In this document: positions 1 through 8,873 of the stretch, piece by piece
Layout: each line of letters opens with the position of its first letter
Numbering within the stretch: position 1 is the stretch's first letter
Source: a virus
Virus record (IMG/VR): IMGVR_UViG_3300031576_000036
Coordinates: 3,148 to 67,147 of that record
Strand: one strand, 5' to 3'
Length of the DNA: 64,000 nt
The notes under the pieces: model-generated
Told to the model about the DNA's origin: nothing
The model's database searches: none
What the model saw: only the letters and a program-made list of their open reading frames with translations
Made by a program: the position numbers and the translations under genes

Positions 1-628
1 ACGCTTGGCAAGATGAAACACGCGAGTGTAAGGAGTGCGGATCGGAATTCGCGCCCGAAACCCGCCAGCAAACTTGCTGCGATGATTCCTGCTTTTGCGC
101 TTATAACGGCTTGCCCTACGAAGATGATGAAGAGGATATTTATTTTCTAGCAGTGTGAACAACCAAATGCCCTACTAACAACCAAAGTGCCTTAGAAAGC
201 GTTATGACAAATGGGGAAATTCATATTCGCGCTCATATTGATCGCGTTTGCGTTCGGGCTGTTCGCCTATTTGCAAGGATGGCTTATCGCGACGGCGCAA
301 CTTGAACAGCAGATAAATCATTCCGCCGCTACCGTTAGAGGATGGTAATTGCGCGCAATGGCCGAAACTCTCTCGCTCGTGGGGAGAGTCCGCCCGGAGC
401 AACCTATGGGCGCTGATGATGGCAAGGGGGTTGCGCACTCAATTACCGAGTAGACTTGTTGACTTAGGAGGAAAAAGCTATGCCGACGTTTATGATTTTT
501 GCTACGATCCTTTTCTTTCAATTCCTGGCCGTGCTGACCGCTCTGGAATGGGCTGAGAACCGAGAGATTGCACCCGCGCAAAAGCGTTAGCAGCGGGCAA
601 AACGGCCAATAGTTTTTCATTATAACGG

Positions 629-658
629 TTGACATCGCAGCGCGCTACAGCGTAGAAT
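629..658 (+). promoter_or_regulatory. sigma70-type promoter for early genes
   Basis: TTGACA (629-634), 18-nt spacer, TAGAAT (653-658), upstream of AAGGAG RBS and ATG at 708. Confidence 0.7.
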
Positions 659-707
659 GCGCTGCAATCACAACAAAGCGCCGTTGAGCGCAAAGGAGCA
701 AAAAGCT

Positions 708-1052
708 ATGTCAGACACAAAAGCAAAACGCACAGAGCAAAACAAGAAAGCCGCTTCCACACTCAAAACCTACCTTTGCCAAGTTACTGAGTACCGAGGA
801 GAGTCCGAACACTCCACGAGCATTCTAGTTGACGCTAAGGATGAATACAGAGCCAAACGTTTATTGATTTGCGAGATTTTGTTTGAGTGGTGGAATTCGG
901 ACTCTGATGAGGACGGCGCGGAAACGCGGGAGATGATCGGGGATGAAAAGGGATGGGAGTTTGCCTACAGCGGAAGTGTGACGGGCTATGTTGACCGCGA
1001 GATACCGAAGTCTCACGTTAAGATTTTGAAGCAATACCTTACCTCATACTGA
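708..1052 (+). CDS. hypothetical early protein
   Basis: ORF with AAGGAG RBS before ATG 708 (MSDTK...), directly after a promoter. Confidence 0.7.
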   Translation: MSDTKAKRTEQNKKAASTLKTYLCQVTEYRGESEHSTSILVDAKDEYRAKRLLICEILFEWWNSDSDEDGAETREMIGDEKGWEFAYSGSVTGYVDREIPKSHVKILKQYLTSY

Positions 1053-1101
1053 TATGAGGATTGACTATAATCGCAGCTAACCAAAAAACGGAGAACCAAC
1101 A

Positions 1102-1602
1102 ATGCAAGACAATCAACATAACAACGACAATAGCAAAGAATGGCCTTCCACATTCGAGCAATGGTTTCGCGCCAATTTGGGCGACTATGCAAGCGACATC
1201 GCCAATCACGGCGCGGACGCTGGCTATCCTCACATCACCTACACGAGCGACACCGTTGAGATTTTCGATCAATACGACGCGGAGATTTGGGATATGGCGA
1301 TTGCGATGGCGGACGGTATGGGAGCAAAGAACGTCGCGGAGTTCATCTCAGGCTTTAGGCGTGATGATATGCTCGCGGGCATCCACACGTTCAAAAACTT
1401 GATGGTCTGGTTCGCGTGTGAGGAGTTGGCGCGGAAGATTGAGAATGGGCCACCAACTTTCGTTTGCGCAGAGTGCGAAGAGAGTTTCGAGGATGAAGAC
1501 GACCTGACGGAAGGGCTTTGTTATTGGTGCGAGCGGGACAAGGAAGAGAAGGAAGAGAAGGAAGCTGCTTCCAAACCCCAAGAGGAGGTAATCGCGCAAT
1601 GA
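1102..1602 (+). CDS. acidic hypothetical early protein with C-terminal CxxC...CxxC
   Basis: GGAG RBS; very D/E-rich; CAEC and CYWC motifs; ATGA overlap with next gene. Confidence 0.75.
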   Translation: MQDNQHNNDNSKEWPSTFEQWFRANLGDYASDIANHGADAGYPHITYTSDTVEIFDQYDAEIWDMAIAMADGMGAKNVAEFISGFRRDDMLAGIHTFKNLMVWFACEELARKIENGPPTFVCAECEESFEDEDDLTEGLCYWCERDKEEKEEKEAASKPQEEVIAQ

Positions 1603-1982
1603 AAGGCTATCGCTTTTATCTCGAATTCCCAGACGCGCAATCAAAGCGCGCACACTCCTCCAAGCGCGGCGGCGGCTCGGAAGGAAATGTGTTTGCGCTC
1701 TGTTTGGACTCTCCGCCTCGAATGGACGCTAACGCGCTCGGCGGTTGGGTGCAGGAAGGCGTAGGCGCTGTTCACTATCAATCGAACTCGCCTGTCTGTG
1801 GCTCCTCAACTTCTCTGCGCCGATTGCAACTGTTTTGCAAGCGCATCTCAGAGGCAGTGGCTAGGGAAATTCACCCGGCCTTGTTCGAGTATTTGGGCAA
1901 TGCCGGCAACAACTACAACGAAAACAACCAAAACAACGAAAAGGAGCAATTAGAAGAAAATGGCAAAACGAAAAACGGATAA
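1599..1982 (+). CDS. hypothetical phage protein
   Basis: GGAGG RBS before ATG 1599 (MKGYRFYLEF...), ATGA coupling to upstream gene. Confidence 0.7.
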   Translation: MKGYRFYLEFPDAQSKRAHSSKRGGGSEGNVFALCLDSPPRMDANALGGWVQEGVGAVHYQSNSPVCGSSTSLRRLQLFCKRISEAVAREIHPALFEYLGNAGNNYNENNQNNEKEQLEENGKTKNG

Positions 1983-2991
1983 CAACGACAACAACGGGCA
2001 AGTGGAGTTCTCCCTTGCCCGCGCAACTGGTGAGGAACCTTTGAGTTTCGAGCCGCTGTACACAGTCGGAGACGTGCTAGAACTTGACCCTAAAGACCTT
2101 GTTATTGCGCAAGAGAGCAAATTCGATCCTCTCTTTGACAAGCGCGCAGAGGATGAGGACAAAGAACTCGCGGCGGCAATGGCCACAGAGGGTTTCAACA
2201 GCTTGATTCAAGTCGTTGAGCGCGCTAATCCTGATGACCCATCAGTTTCATTGTTGCACGTCGTAGCCGGACGCCGCAGGGCGCTGGCGGCGATTGAAGC
2301 GGGCGTGGCTGTGCAGGCGCTCGTTCTCAATCCCAAGTTGAGCGATTGGCAATTGGTAGGCGCGATGATCTCAGAGAACGAGTTGCGCAAAGCGGACAAC
2401 TTGATCAACAAGGCGCATAAGGCGCAGAGGTTCGTTGAGCTTTTTTGCGAGCAGTTCCGGCCAACGAGCGGAGAGAGCGCAGAGGTCGGCGATGATGGGG
2501 AGATTGTATACAACGGCGTGGCGTGGAAGGCTACTGCCGCTCAGCGTAGGGAAGCCACTTCCGCTGTGGCGGCAAGATGTGGAGTCAGCGAACGCCGCGT
2601 TAGGCAATTTTTCGAGTTGTTGACTCTCGCTCCCGCCGTCCAAAAGGCCATCGAAGCCGGGAAGGTTTCGGGAGAGATCGCGCGCGGCTGGAAAGACCTC
2701 ACCCACGATCAACAAACGCGGCGGTTGGCGAAGGAACTCGAAAAGGCTGCTACGACCGCTGGCAGTGGAAGCGGTAAGGCGTCTGCGTGGCCGAACAAGA
2801 TTGCCTTCAACCGCGCTACACTCGAAACTCTGTACGAACAAGGGGAGGGGTTGGGAATGCCCGCTAACGTTCTCAACTTCCTCTCTGTTTACTTGGGCTA
2901 CAACACGGTTGAGGATGCGGGCTTGAAGTGGTTGACGAAGGCGATTGCTCCGGTAATAGAAGAGGATGGCGACGAGGATGACGACGAGTAA
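1960..2991 (+). CDS. parB: ParB-like protein (ParB N-terminal CTPase-type domain plus HTH)
   Basis: VVAGRRRALAA (GxRR arginine patch), ISENELR (ENxxR), HTH-like ATSAVAARCGVSERRVRQFFELL; AAGGAG RBS. Confidence 0.8.
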   Translation: MAKRKTDNNDNNGQVEFSLARATGEEPLSFEPLYTVGDVLELDPKDLVIAQESKFDPLFDKRAEDEDKELAAAMATEGFNSLIQVVERANPDDPSVSLLHVVAGRRRALAAIEAGVAVQALVLNPKLSDWQLVGAMISENELRKADNLINKAHKAQRFVELFCEQFRPTSGESAEVGDDGEIVYNGVAWKATAAQRREATSAVAARCGVSERRVRQFFELLTLAPAVQKAIEAGKVSGEIARGWKDLTHDQQTRRLAKELEKAATTAGSGSGKASAWPNKIAFNRATLETLYEQGEGLGMPANVLNFLSVYLGYNTVEDAGLKWLTKAIAPVIEEDGDEDDDE

Positions 2992-3397
2992 GTTAATTCC
3001 CCGCATCCCAGCGTTGCTTTGTCCTCACTGCCGCCAAGACATCGCAACGAAGCTCTACGAGAACAAGAAGCTTGAGCAACAACTTAGGAAGTTGCTCAAG
3101 CTCTTGCATCGCAGACGGGTTCTAGGGGGAAGCAAGAGTAATAGTAATCGCCGCAAGATGGCGATGATTTACCTTCGGAGGTTAGTTATGAACGCAGAAG
3201 GGAAAGTGATCGAGAAGAACGACAAGGGAGGGCAGGCGTTGCGGAAGCTTTCCCACGAGCTAGCTGAACGCCTATGCAACGCAAGCTTGCTATGGGTTGC
3301 AAACGATTTGATGACCGATGCCGGGATTGCAGACACGGCAGCGGAGATTGAGAAAGGCTTGGTGGAGTTTTTCTTTGCACCTAACAACGAGACCTAA
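2966..3397 (+). CDS. hypothetical protein with CxxC
   Basis: ORF overlapping the parB end; LCPHCR motif; start codon uncertain. Confidence 0.55.
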   Translation: MATRMTTSKLIPRIPALLCPHCRQDIATKLYENKKLEQQLRKLLKLLHRRRVLGGSKSNSNRRKMAMIYLRRLVMNAEGKVIEKNDKGGQALRKLSHELAERLCNASLLWVANDLMTDAGIADTAAEIEKGLVEFFFAPNNET

Positions 3398-3421
3398 CAA
3401 CAGAAAAGAGGATAAAAAGCT

Positions 3422-4162
3422 ATGGACGCAAAAACGGGAGCGGAACAAAATAATTTCACTGAACTGCTAATCCCCCAACCCATCAAATTGGAAATGGTCT
3501 ACATTCCCGGTGGCGAGTTCACGATGGGATCGCACGATTACGACGGGGAAAAACCACCGCATCGCGTGCGCGTCTCGCCTTTCGCCATCGGTAAATACCC
3601 GGTCACGCAGGCGCAGTGGAAGGCGGTAATGGGGGAAAATCCGAGCCGCTTCAAAGGCGACGACCTGCCGGTGGAAACTGTCTCGTGGGAAGACGCCGTG
3701 GAATTTTGCGAGCGGTTGTCACACGCGACTGGGCGCAAGTACCGTCTGCCCAGCGAAGCCGAGTGGGAGTACGCCTGCCGCGCGGGATCAACCACGAAGT
3801 ACGGCTTCGACGGCGATGAGAAACAATTGGGCGATTATGCGTGGTATTACGAAGACTCTGACTCCAAAACTCATCCGGTTGGGCAGAAAAAACCAAATGC
3901 TTGGGGCTTGTATGATATGCACGGCAATGTCTGGGAGTGGTGTGAGGATTGGTATGGTCATTACCCTAGCGCAGAGGCGACTGATCCTACGGGGTTCAGT
4001 AGTGGCTCGGGCCGCGTTTTTCGGGGCGGCGGTTGGAACAACGGCGCCGTCAGTTGCCGGTCGGCGTATCGCTACGGGGTCGCGCCCGGCAGTCGCGGCG
4101 GCAATCTCGGTTTCCGCCTTGTAGTTGCCAAAAGACAGTTTGAATTAGCAAACATAGCCTAA
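3422..4162 (+). CDS. FGE-sulfatase (formylglycine-generating enzyme family, CLec fold) domain protein, DGR-target-like
   Basis: IPGGEFTMGS, KYPVTQAQW, RLPSEAEWEYACRAG, PNAWGLYDMHGNVWEWC, RVFRGGGW...LGFRL are canonical FGE-family motifs. Confidence 0.92.
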   Translation: MDAKTGAEQNNFTELLIPQPIKLEMVYIPGGEFTMGSHDYDGEKPPHRVRVSPFAIGKYPVTQAQWKAVMGENPSRFKGDDLPVETVSWEDAVEFCERLSHATGRKYRLPSEAEWEYACRAGSTTKYGFDGDEKQLGDYAWYYEDSDSKTHPVGQKKPNAWGLYDMHGNVWEWCEDWYGHYPSAEATDPTGFSSGSGRVFRGGGWNNGAVSCRSAYRYGVAPGSRGGNLGFRLVVAKRQFELANIA

Positions 4163-4335
4163 CTTTGGCAAGACAAATCCATTGTGTATGATGATCGCCC
4201 GCGTGTTACAATGCCAGAACGCGACTTACAAAGCCATCCATTCTTCATAAAGGTGCCCGGATAGGCTTTCTCTCTATTGAGCGACACTCAACGATGTTTC
4301 CATAACCTTAGTAGCTATTCTGGAGCCTTCCGCAA

Positions 4336-5862
4336 ATGTATCCTTCCGCATCACCAACGGACATTTATGCGCCTATCACATCTATTCAAACGCTTCCTGA
4401 ACCGCTTCCTGAACCCAATTCTTGCAACAACGATCACTCTGAGCTTGGCGATGGTTTGCCTACTGAGCGGTCGGATAGCGTTGATGGGCATTACCCTGCT
4501 GTGGGGCTGCTGGTGGACGGGGATTATATTAGCGTTGGAAGTGGGGAGGATGATCTACAGCGGCGAGAGATTGAGCAAGCGAGCGCGGAGACAGTCGTAG
4601 CTGAGACAGTCGCAGTAGCAAAATCTCTTAGCCAGTTGCGCAAGTTCATTGACTCACATTTTCACGGCGCGGACTGGCAAGGGGTTGAGACTATCCTTGC
4701 GTTTTTGTGCGCCTACCGCCTTCACGAAACCGACCCGTTATGGCTGCACGTCATCGGGCCATCGGGGAGCGCCAAGACTAGCTTGGGAATTCAGTTGTTA
4801 GCGAGGGGGTTCGCGGATCACCATCCCATTGGGGATATAAGCGAGAATACTTTGTTGAGTGGGTACGCGAAGGGGCGTGAGGGAGGGAAGTTCAATTCGC
4901 TACTACATAGAGTGGGCGAAGAGGGATTGTTGTACTCGAAGGAGTTCACTGAGTTTCTAGCGAAGGACGAACGAGTCGTGCGCGCTGTAGCTGGGCAACT
5001 ACGTTCGGTCTACGACGGTGCGCTTCACAAAGAAACCGGCGCGAGCGCAAAGTCTCTATTTTGGTCTGGGAGGTTGTCAGTTATAACAGCCTTTACGCCA
5101 AGCGTAGAGTGGAAGTGGTTGCAGTACAACCGCGAGGGGGAGAGGTTTTTGATTTTGCGCTGGCGAGCTACAGCGGACAAACGCGCACTAACAAGAGCAG
5201 TCAGAAATCAAGAAGGTCGTCAGGGAGAGTTCCAAGCCGGACTTGAGGAGAGAGTGTTGGAGTTGATCAACGGCAATGACAAATACGGCGCGATAGTGGA
5301 AGCAGCAAGCCCCAGCGATGATGTTATGGACAAGCTTCGCGCTTACCATTTACCCCAGGTTGTAGCTTGGTTGCGTTCGATCCCGGTTAAATACGACGGG
5401 AGACAGGTAAGTCACGTTGCGAGTGAGGAATCGCCAACGAGGGTTATGCATCAATTGATAAAGGCAGCGCGAGGTAGTGCTATGTTGCATCGGAGGAAAC
5501 AATTCGGCGCGGAGGACTGGCGAATAGCTACGAGGCTCGCGCTGGATAGCATTCCTGAAACTAGAATGAGGTTGTTGAGAAGCATCTACCCTGATCCGAG
5601 TTATTCGACTGGGGTGGACAAGATTCGCATTATGTCGGGGTTCTTTAGCAATGATGCTATTCAAATGCACTTGGATGAGCTACAGGCGCTCAAGGTCATC
5701 AGGCGAACTCGGCATAGTAGTGATAATGATCTCGACGGGGGATACGCATATACAGAGGAGTTCGCGCGAACCGTAATAGATGGGTGTCCGGTGTTGTGGG
5801 AGCAGTTGCGCGGGGAGTGGGGGGAGAGGGAACAACTGGCAATAAGGGAGATGGAACAATGA
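4336..5862 (+). CDS. AAA+ ATPase, putative MCM-like replicative helicase
   Basis: Walker A-like IGPSGSAKT, LLYSKEF (Walker B-like), QLRSVYDG, ERF arginine-finger-like motif; located in replication arm. Confidence 0.65.
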   Translation: MYPSASPTDIYAPITSIQTLPEPLPEPNSCNNDHSELGDGLPTERSDSVDGHYPAVGLLVDGDYISVGSGEDDLQRREIEQASAETVVAETVAVAKSLSQLRKFIDSHFHGADWQGVETILAFLCAYRLHETDPLWLHVIGPSGSAKTSLGIQLLARGFADHHPIGDISENTLLSGYAKGREGGKFNSLLHRVGEEGLLYSKEFTEFLAKDERVVRAVAGQLRSVYDGALHKETGASAKSLFWSGRLSVITAFTPSVEWKWLQYNREGERFLILRWRATADKRALTRAVRNQEGRQGEFQAGLEERVLELINGNDKYGAIVEAASPSDDVMDKLRAYHLPQVVAWLRSIPVKYDGRQVSHVASEESPTRVMHQLIKAARGSAMLHRRKQFGAEDWRIATRLALDSIPETRMRLLRSIYPDPSYSTGVDKIRIMSGFFSNDAIQMHLDELQALKVIRRTRHSSDNDLDGGYAYTEEFARTVIDGCPVLWEQLRGEWGEREQLAIREMEQ

Positions 5863-6059
5863 AAATGGAAACAGTAACTTGTAAACGTTGTGGGGCTACC
5901 TGGCTTGCGTCTGCTACTAGCAAGCCAATTGCTTGTCCAAATAACAACTGCCGACTGCTTACCATTGCGCCGGTAGAATGGGAAGTGAAGTTGGCTTTGG
6001 GGAAGGCCGTTAAGTACAAAGGAACGCAAGTAAATATTAAAAAAGAAAATAAAGGTTGA
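5859..6059 (+). CDS. small zinc-ribbon protein
   Basis: CKRC...CPNNNC; ATGA overlap with upstream gene; GGGAG RBS. Confidence 0.6.
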   Translation: MKMETVTCKRCGATWLASATSKPIACPNNNCRLLTIAPVEWEVKLALGKAVKYKGTQVNIKKENKG

Positions 6060-6084
6060 CTCGCATCACTCTTCAGCGTACAAT
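6056..6084 (+). promoter_or_regulatory. strong sigma70-type promoter with A-rich UP-like element
   Basis: TTGACT (6056-6061), 17-nt spacer, TACAAT (6079-6084); A-tract immediately upstream. Confidence 0.8.
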
Positions 6085-6089
6085 GCGCT

Positions 6090-6545
6090 GCATTGAAGGA
6101 AGAGAAAAGCGCGAACAGAGCCAATTGTGGTAGTTGGCTCCATTGTGGGAGAGGGAGAGGGAGAGCGTGAGTGTAGTCAACTTGCTTGCGCTCTCCCTTC
6201 TGAAACGAAATCAGAACAGATATTTGAATTGAAACAGGTTCGTAGAAACGGCTTTCTTTGGGGAAGTCGCTTCCGGTAGCCCTTGGTATCAACGATAGCA
6301 ACCAATCGTCAAGGGCGACGACATTCGCATTCAAGTACAGCGAGTACGTTAGATGCGGGAGGGTTGCCGTCATCAGCTTCCAACTAAGCCCACTCCCTCC
6401 CTTCAACTTCCTCGGATAACAAACGGGAAAGCTGCTGCAACGATCCTGGTTGGTTCTCATAGATTGTCTTGGACTAGGATCACAAATGAAAGAAGCTTGC
6501 CCCTTTACAAACGAGGAAGCTGGGGGAGGGAGTGGGGTTGTTTGA
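6090..6545 (+). ncRNA. candidate structured ncRNA or long 5' leader
   Basis: about 460 nt with no credible ORF after a promoter; several stems, e.g. 6118-6126/6132-6140, 6158-6172/6184-6198, 6389-6414/6512-6536. Confidence 0.5.
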
Positions 6546-6551
6546 AATACT

Positions 6552-7007
6552 ATGGCTAGAGAAAAATCAACAAGGACAAGAAAACAAACCAGCCACGGGC
6601 ATTCCAAGTCCGTGCGCCGATTGAGCAGCGATGGAGTTGAGAGGTTACGCAACCCGCTGACGGATCACGATAGGTTGCTGGACACAGCGGACAGCGACTC
6701 GAAATTGGCAAAGCTGGTCTACCCTAGCGATACGAGCGCGCACGGGTTGTTGCGGATGGAGTTCGAGCAATTTCTGTCCACCTTGCGCCCCGCTCCCAGA
6801 AAACCGACGACGAAGGTGGTTTCAGCGTATATGCAAGGGGAGACGCTGAAGTTGTTGTTTGAGGCGAGAATGCGGTTGATTACTGAAGGGCGTTATCATC
6901 AAGATGATAGTTTGAGTGGGCTTCTCAAAGCGATTGTGCGAGAGGCGGATAGAAATGCGAGGAGTAACGAAAGGGGTAACAATGTCGAACCAACTACAAG
7001 TACTTAA
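6552..7007 (+). CDS. hypothetical protein, possibly DNA-binding
   Basis: basic ORF; C-terminal strand-helix-helix pattern (KVVSAYM...SLSGLLKAIVREA) loosely RHH-like. Confidence 0.55.
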   Translation: MAREKSTRTRKQTSHGHSKSVRRLSSDGVERLRNPLTDHDRLLDTADSDSKLAKLVYPSDTSAHGLLRMEFEQFLSTLRPAPRKPTTKVVSAYMQGETLKLLFEARMRLITEGRYHQDDSLSGLLKAIVREADRNARSNERGNNVEPTTST

Positions 7008-8334
7008 AACAGATCGTTCGCGGATTGAATGCGCGCAACAGTGTATGCGCAAGCGATTTTGGCAGTACGAAGCGCAACTGGCAGAAACGGATTCCGCGAA
7101 CGGGGCGAGGGGGATCGAACCCAACAAGCCACAGTTCGCGCTTGAGATTGGGAGCGGGGTTCACTTGGGGATGGAAGTCCTACTCACCCAAGCTATTCGT
7201 TACCAAACTGATCCTTTAGTGAACGGCGCGGACAACCTCGTTAAGACGATGATATTAGAAGGAACCTTGGATATTGCAGTGAGGGCGGGAGATGCGAGGT
7301 ACGACGAAAAAATCCTCCCCTTCTTCGAGAGCTACAACAACCGAGAGGAAGCTACTTCCAATGAGGACGACGAGGCCGAAACATTCTCAGTCTATGCCGT
7401 CGAGGAAGGCCGCGCGCTCGTCGAGGGACTAATACGAACGTATGCACACGCTCCGAACGGCTTAGCGCGATTGCTTGACGAATACGAGATCATCGCGGTT
7501 GAGCAGGAGCTTGAAGTTCCCTTGTCCACAGACGGCAACGTTGTGCTGATGGCCAGACCGGATGGCATCCTTCGTTCTCGCGCTGACCATCAGTTGTATG
7601 TGCTCTCGTTCAAAACCGCTACGACCTACGACCGCCGCAAGGCCCGCGCGGGAATGTACGACACTCAGGGAATGTCTGAGTTAATCGCCGCGCAACATCG
7701 CTACAACGAAACCTTCGCGGGGGTGGTGATGGTCTACCTTGTTAAAGGCTACAAATCGCAAGACAAAGACGACCAATTGTGGAAGCACAACAACGGCGTC
7801 GTTCGTCCTTACTTCAAACCAGGGGTAGTGAGTGATGATGATGACTACCGATTCTCTTATGATTGGCTTACGGAGTTCGGCGAGACAAAGCGGCTCGGCA
7901 AAGGGTTCTCCAAAATCAACCTCTGGGACTCGTGCTACATCGGCATCAAAGAATGGATGGAGCGGATAGTTGCGGGGAGGGAAGTTGACCTCAATCCTGA
8001 CTTACTTGATAAGTATGTGGTAATGCCGCCGCCTTACTATCGTAACGAAGCGGATTTGGAAGAATGGAAACTCCAAGCCCGCCATCAAGAGATGTTGATT
8101 CACGATCTCGCAACAACGGCGAACGCGATGGTAGCGGCGGGAGATAGCGAAGGTCTGAAAACGTTCCTTCCCATCGCCTTCCCCAAGAACCGACAGAGTT
8201 GCGCTTACCCCTTGCCGTGCTCGCTGATTCCAATCTGTCACGAGGGGCTGGGGGATGGAGTTGGGGAGATGGTTTTGGAGTCAGGGAGCTATAAGCAGCG
8301 CCAAGCAAATCACCCTAATGAGGTTGAAGGATAA
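6982..8334 (+). CDS. PD-(D/E)XK superfamily exonuclease (Cas4/AddB-like)
   Basis: N-terminal QQCMRK, GSGVH, ARPDG...SFKT, C-terminal C..PLPC...C cluster; next to a Sak4-like ATPase. Confidence 0.75.
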   Translation: MSNQLQVLKTDRSRIECAQQCMRKRFWQYEAQLAETDSANGARGIEPNKPQFALEIGSGVHLGMEVLLTQAIRYQTDPLVNGADNLVKTMILEGTLDIAVRAGDARYDEKILPFFESYNNREEATSNEDDEAETFSVYAVEEGRALVEGLIRTYAHAPNGLARLLDEYEIIAVEQELEVPLSTDGNVVLMARPDGILRSRADHQLYVLSFKTATTYDRRKARAGMYDTQGMSELIAAQHRYNETFAGVVMVYLVKGYKSQDKDDQLWKHNNGVVRPYFKPGVVSDDDDYRFSYDWLTEFGETKRLGKGFSKINLWDSCYIGIKEWMERIVAGREVDLNPDLLDKYVVMPPPYYRNEADLEEWKLQARHQEMLIHDLATTANAMVAAGDSEGLKTFLPIAFPKNRQSCAYPLPCSLIPICHEGLGDGVGEMVLESGSYKQRQANHPNEVEG

Positions 8335-8337
8335 GGT

Positions 8338-8850
8338 ATGCCAAGAAAAAAGAAACGCCCACACCAGATAGCGGTTGCGCAAGTTGTCCCCCCTCCGACC
8401 CCCAACGCGCCGCGAGAATTGGACGTTACGCTGCTCCCAACAGTTCACAGCGAACGCGCGTCTAGCGAACGCGCATCTGATGACCCAACTGTGAACGCCC
8501 TCCTGCAAATGGCCGCTGCCGTGCAAACCCTGGCGAACGGCGTTGACCAACTCGTCACCAGAGTAGATGGACTTGAGCAGCGGATGATCGAAGGTGAGGA
8601 GCTACGGACGCTGGCGACTAACAGCGGTCTAAGCACCATAGGTTTGAGCGGTGGGCCGAACGACCAGGGGCAACTCGCAAACAGCGGGGACTATCGCTTG
8701 CTTGAAAGGCAACTGCTGAACTCTATGGCTGGGGACGAGGTTCGAGGAAACGAGCACACCGTGGTTATAGGGGGAACGGCGGCGGAGGAGGAAGGGCGAA
8801 GGACAAGGTTGCATTCGATGTTGGAGCAGGAGAATAGATTCAAGTACTAA
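8338..8850 (+). CDS. hypothetical coiled-coil protein
   Basis: ORF tightly packed in operon; heptad-like segment. Confidence 0.65.
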   Translation: MPRKKKRPHQIAVAQVVPPPTPNAPRELDVTLLPTVHSERASSERASDDPTVNALLQMAAAVQTLANGVDQLVTRVDGLEQRMIEGEELRTLATNSGLSTIGLSGGPNDQGQLANSGDYRLLERQLLNSMAGDEVRGNEHTVVIGGTAAEEEGRRTRLHSMLEQENRFKY

Positions 8851-8873
8851 CTGGGAAAGGTAAAAACGGAAAA

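Noticed and set aside
3422-4600. Complete diversity-generating retroelement
   Set aside because: No reverse transcriptase, avd or template repeat seen in the window; reported only as an orphan target.
4211-4600. Stop-codon reassignment (TAG readthrough joining 4211 to ORF 4277-4600)
   Set aside because: Long genes are intact under the standard code and several end in TAG; ORF 4277-4600 is probably a shadow of the helicase gene.
5699-6652. 317-aa minus-strand ORF
   Set aside because: Antisense to clear + strand genes and a promoter, with no motifs and atypical composition.
6982-8334. Cas4 as part of a CRISPR system
   Set aside because: No array or other cas genes; the context is a standard exonuclease-Sak4-SSB recombination cassette.
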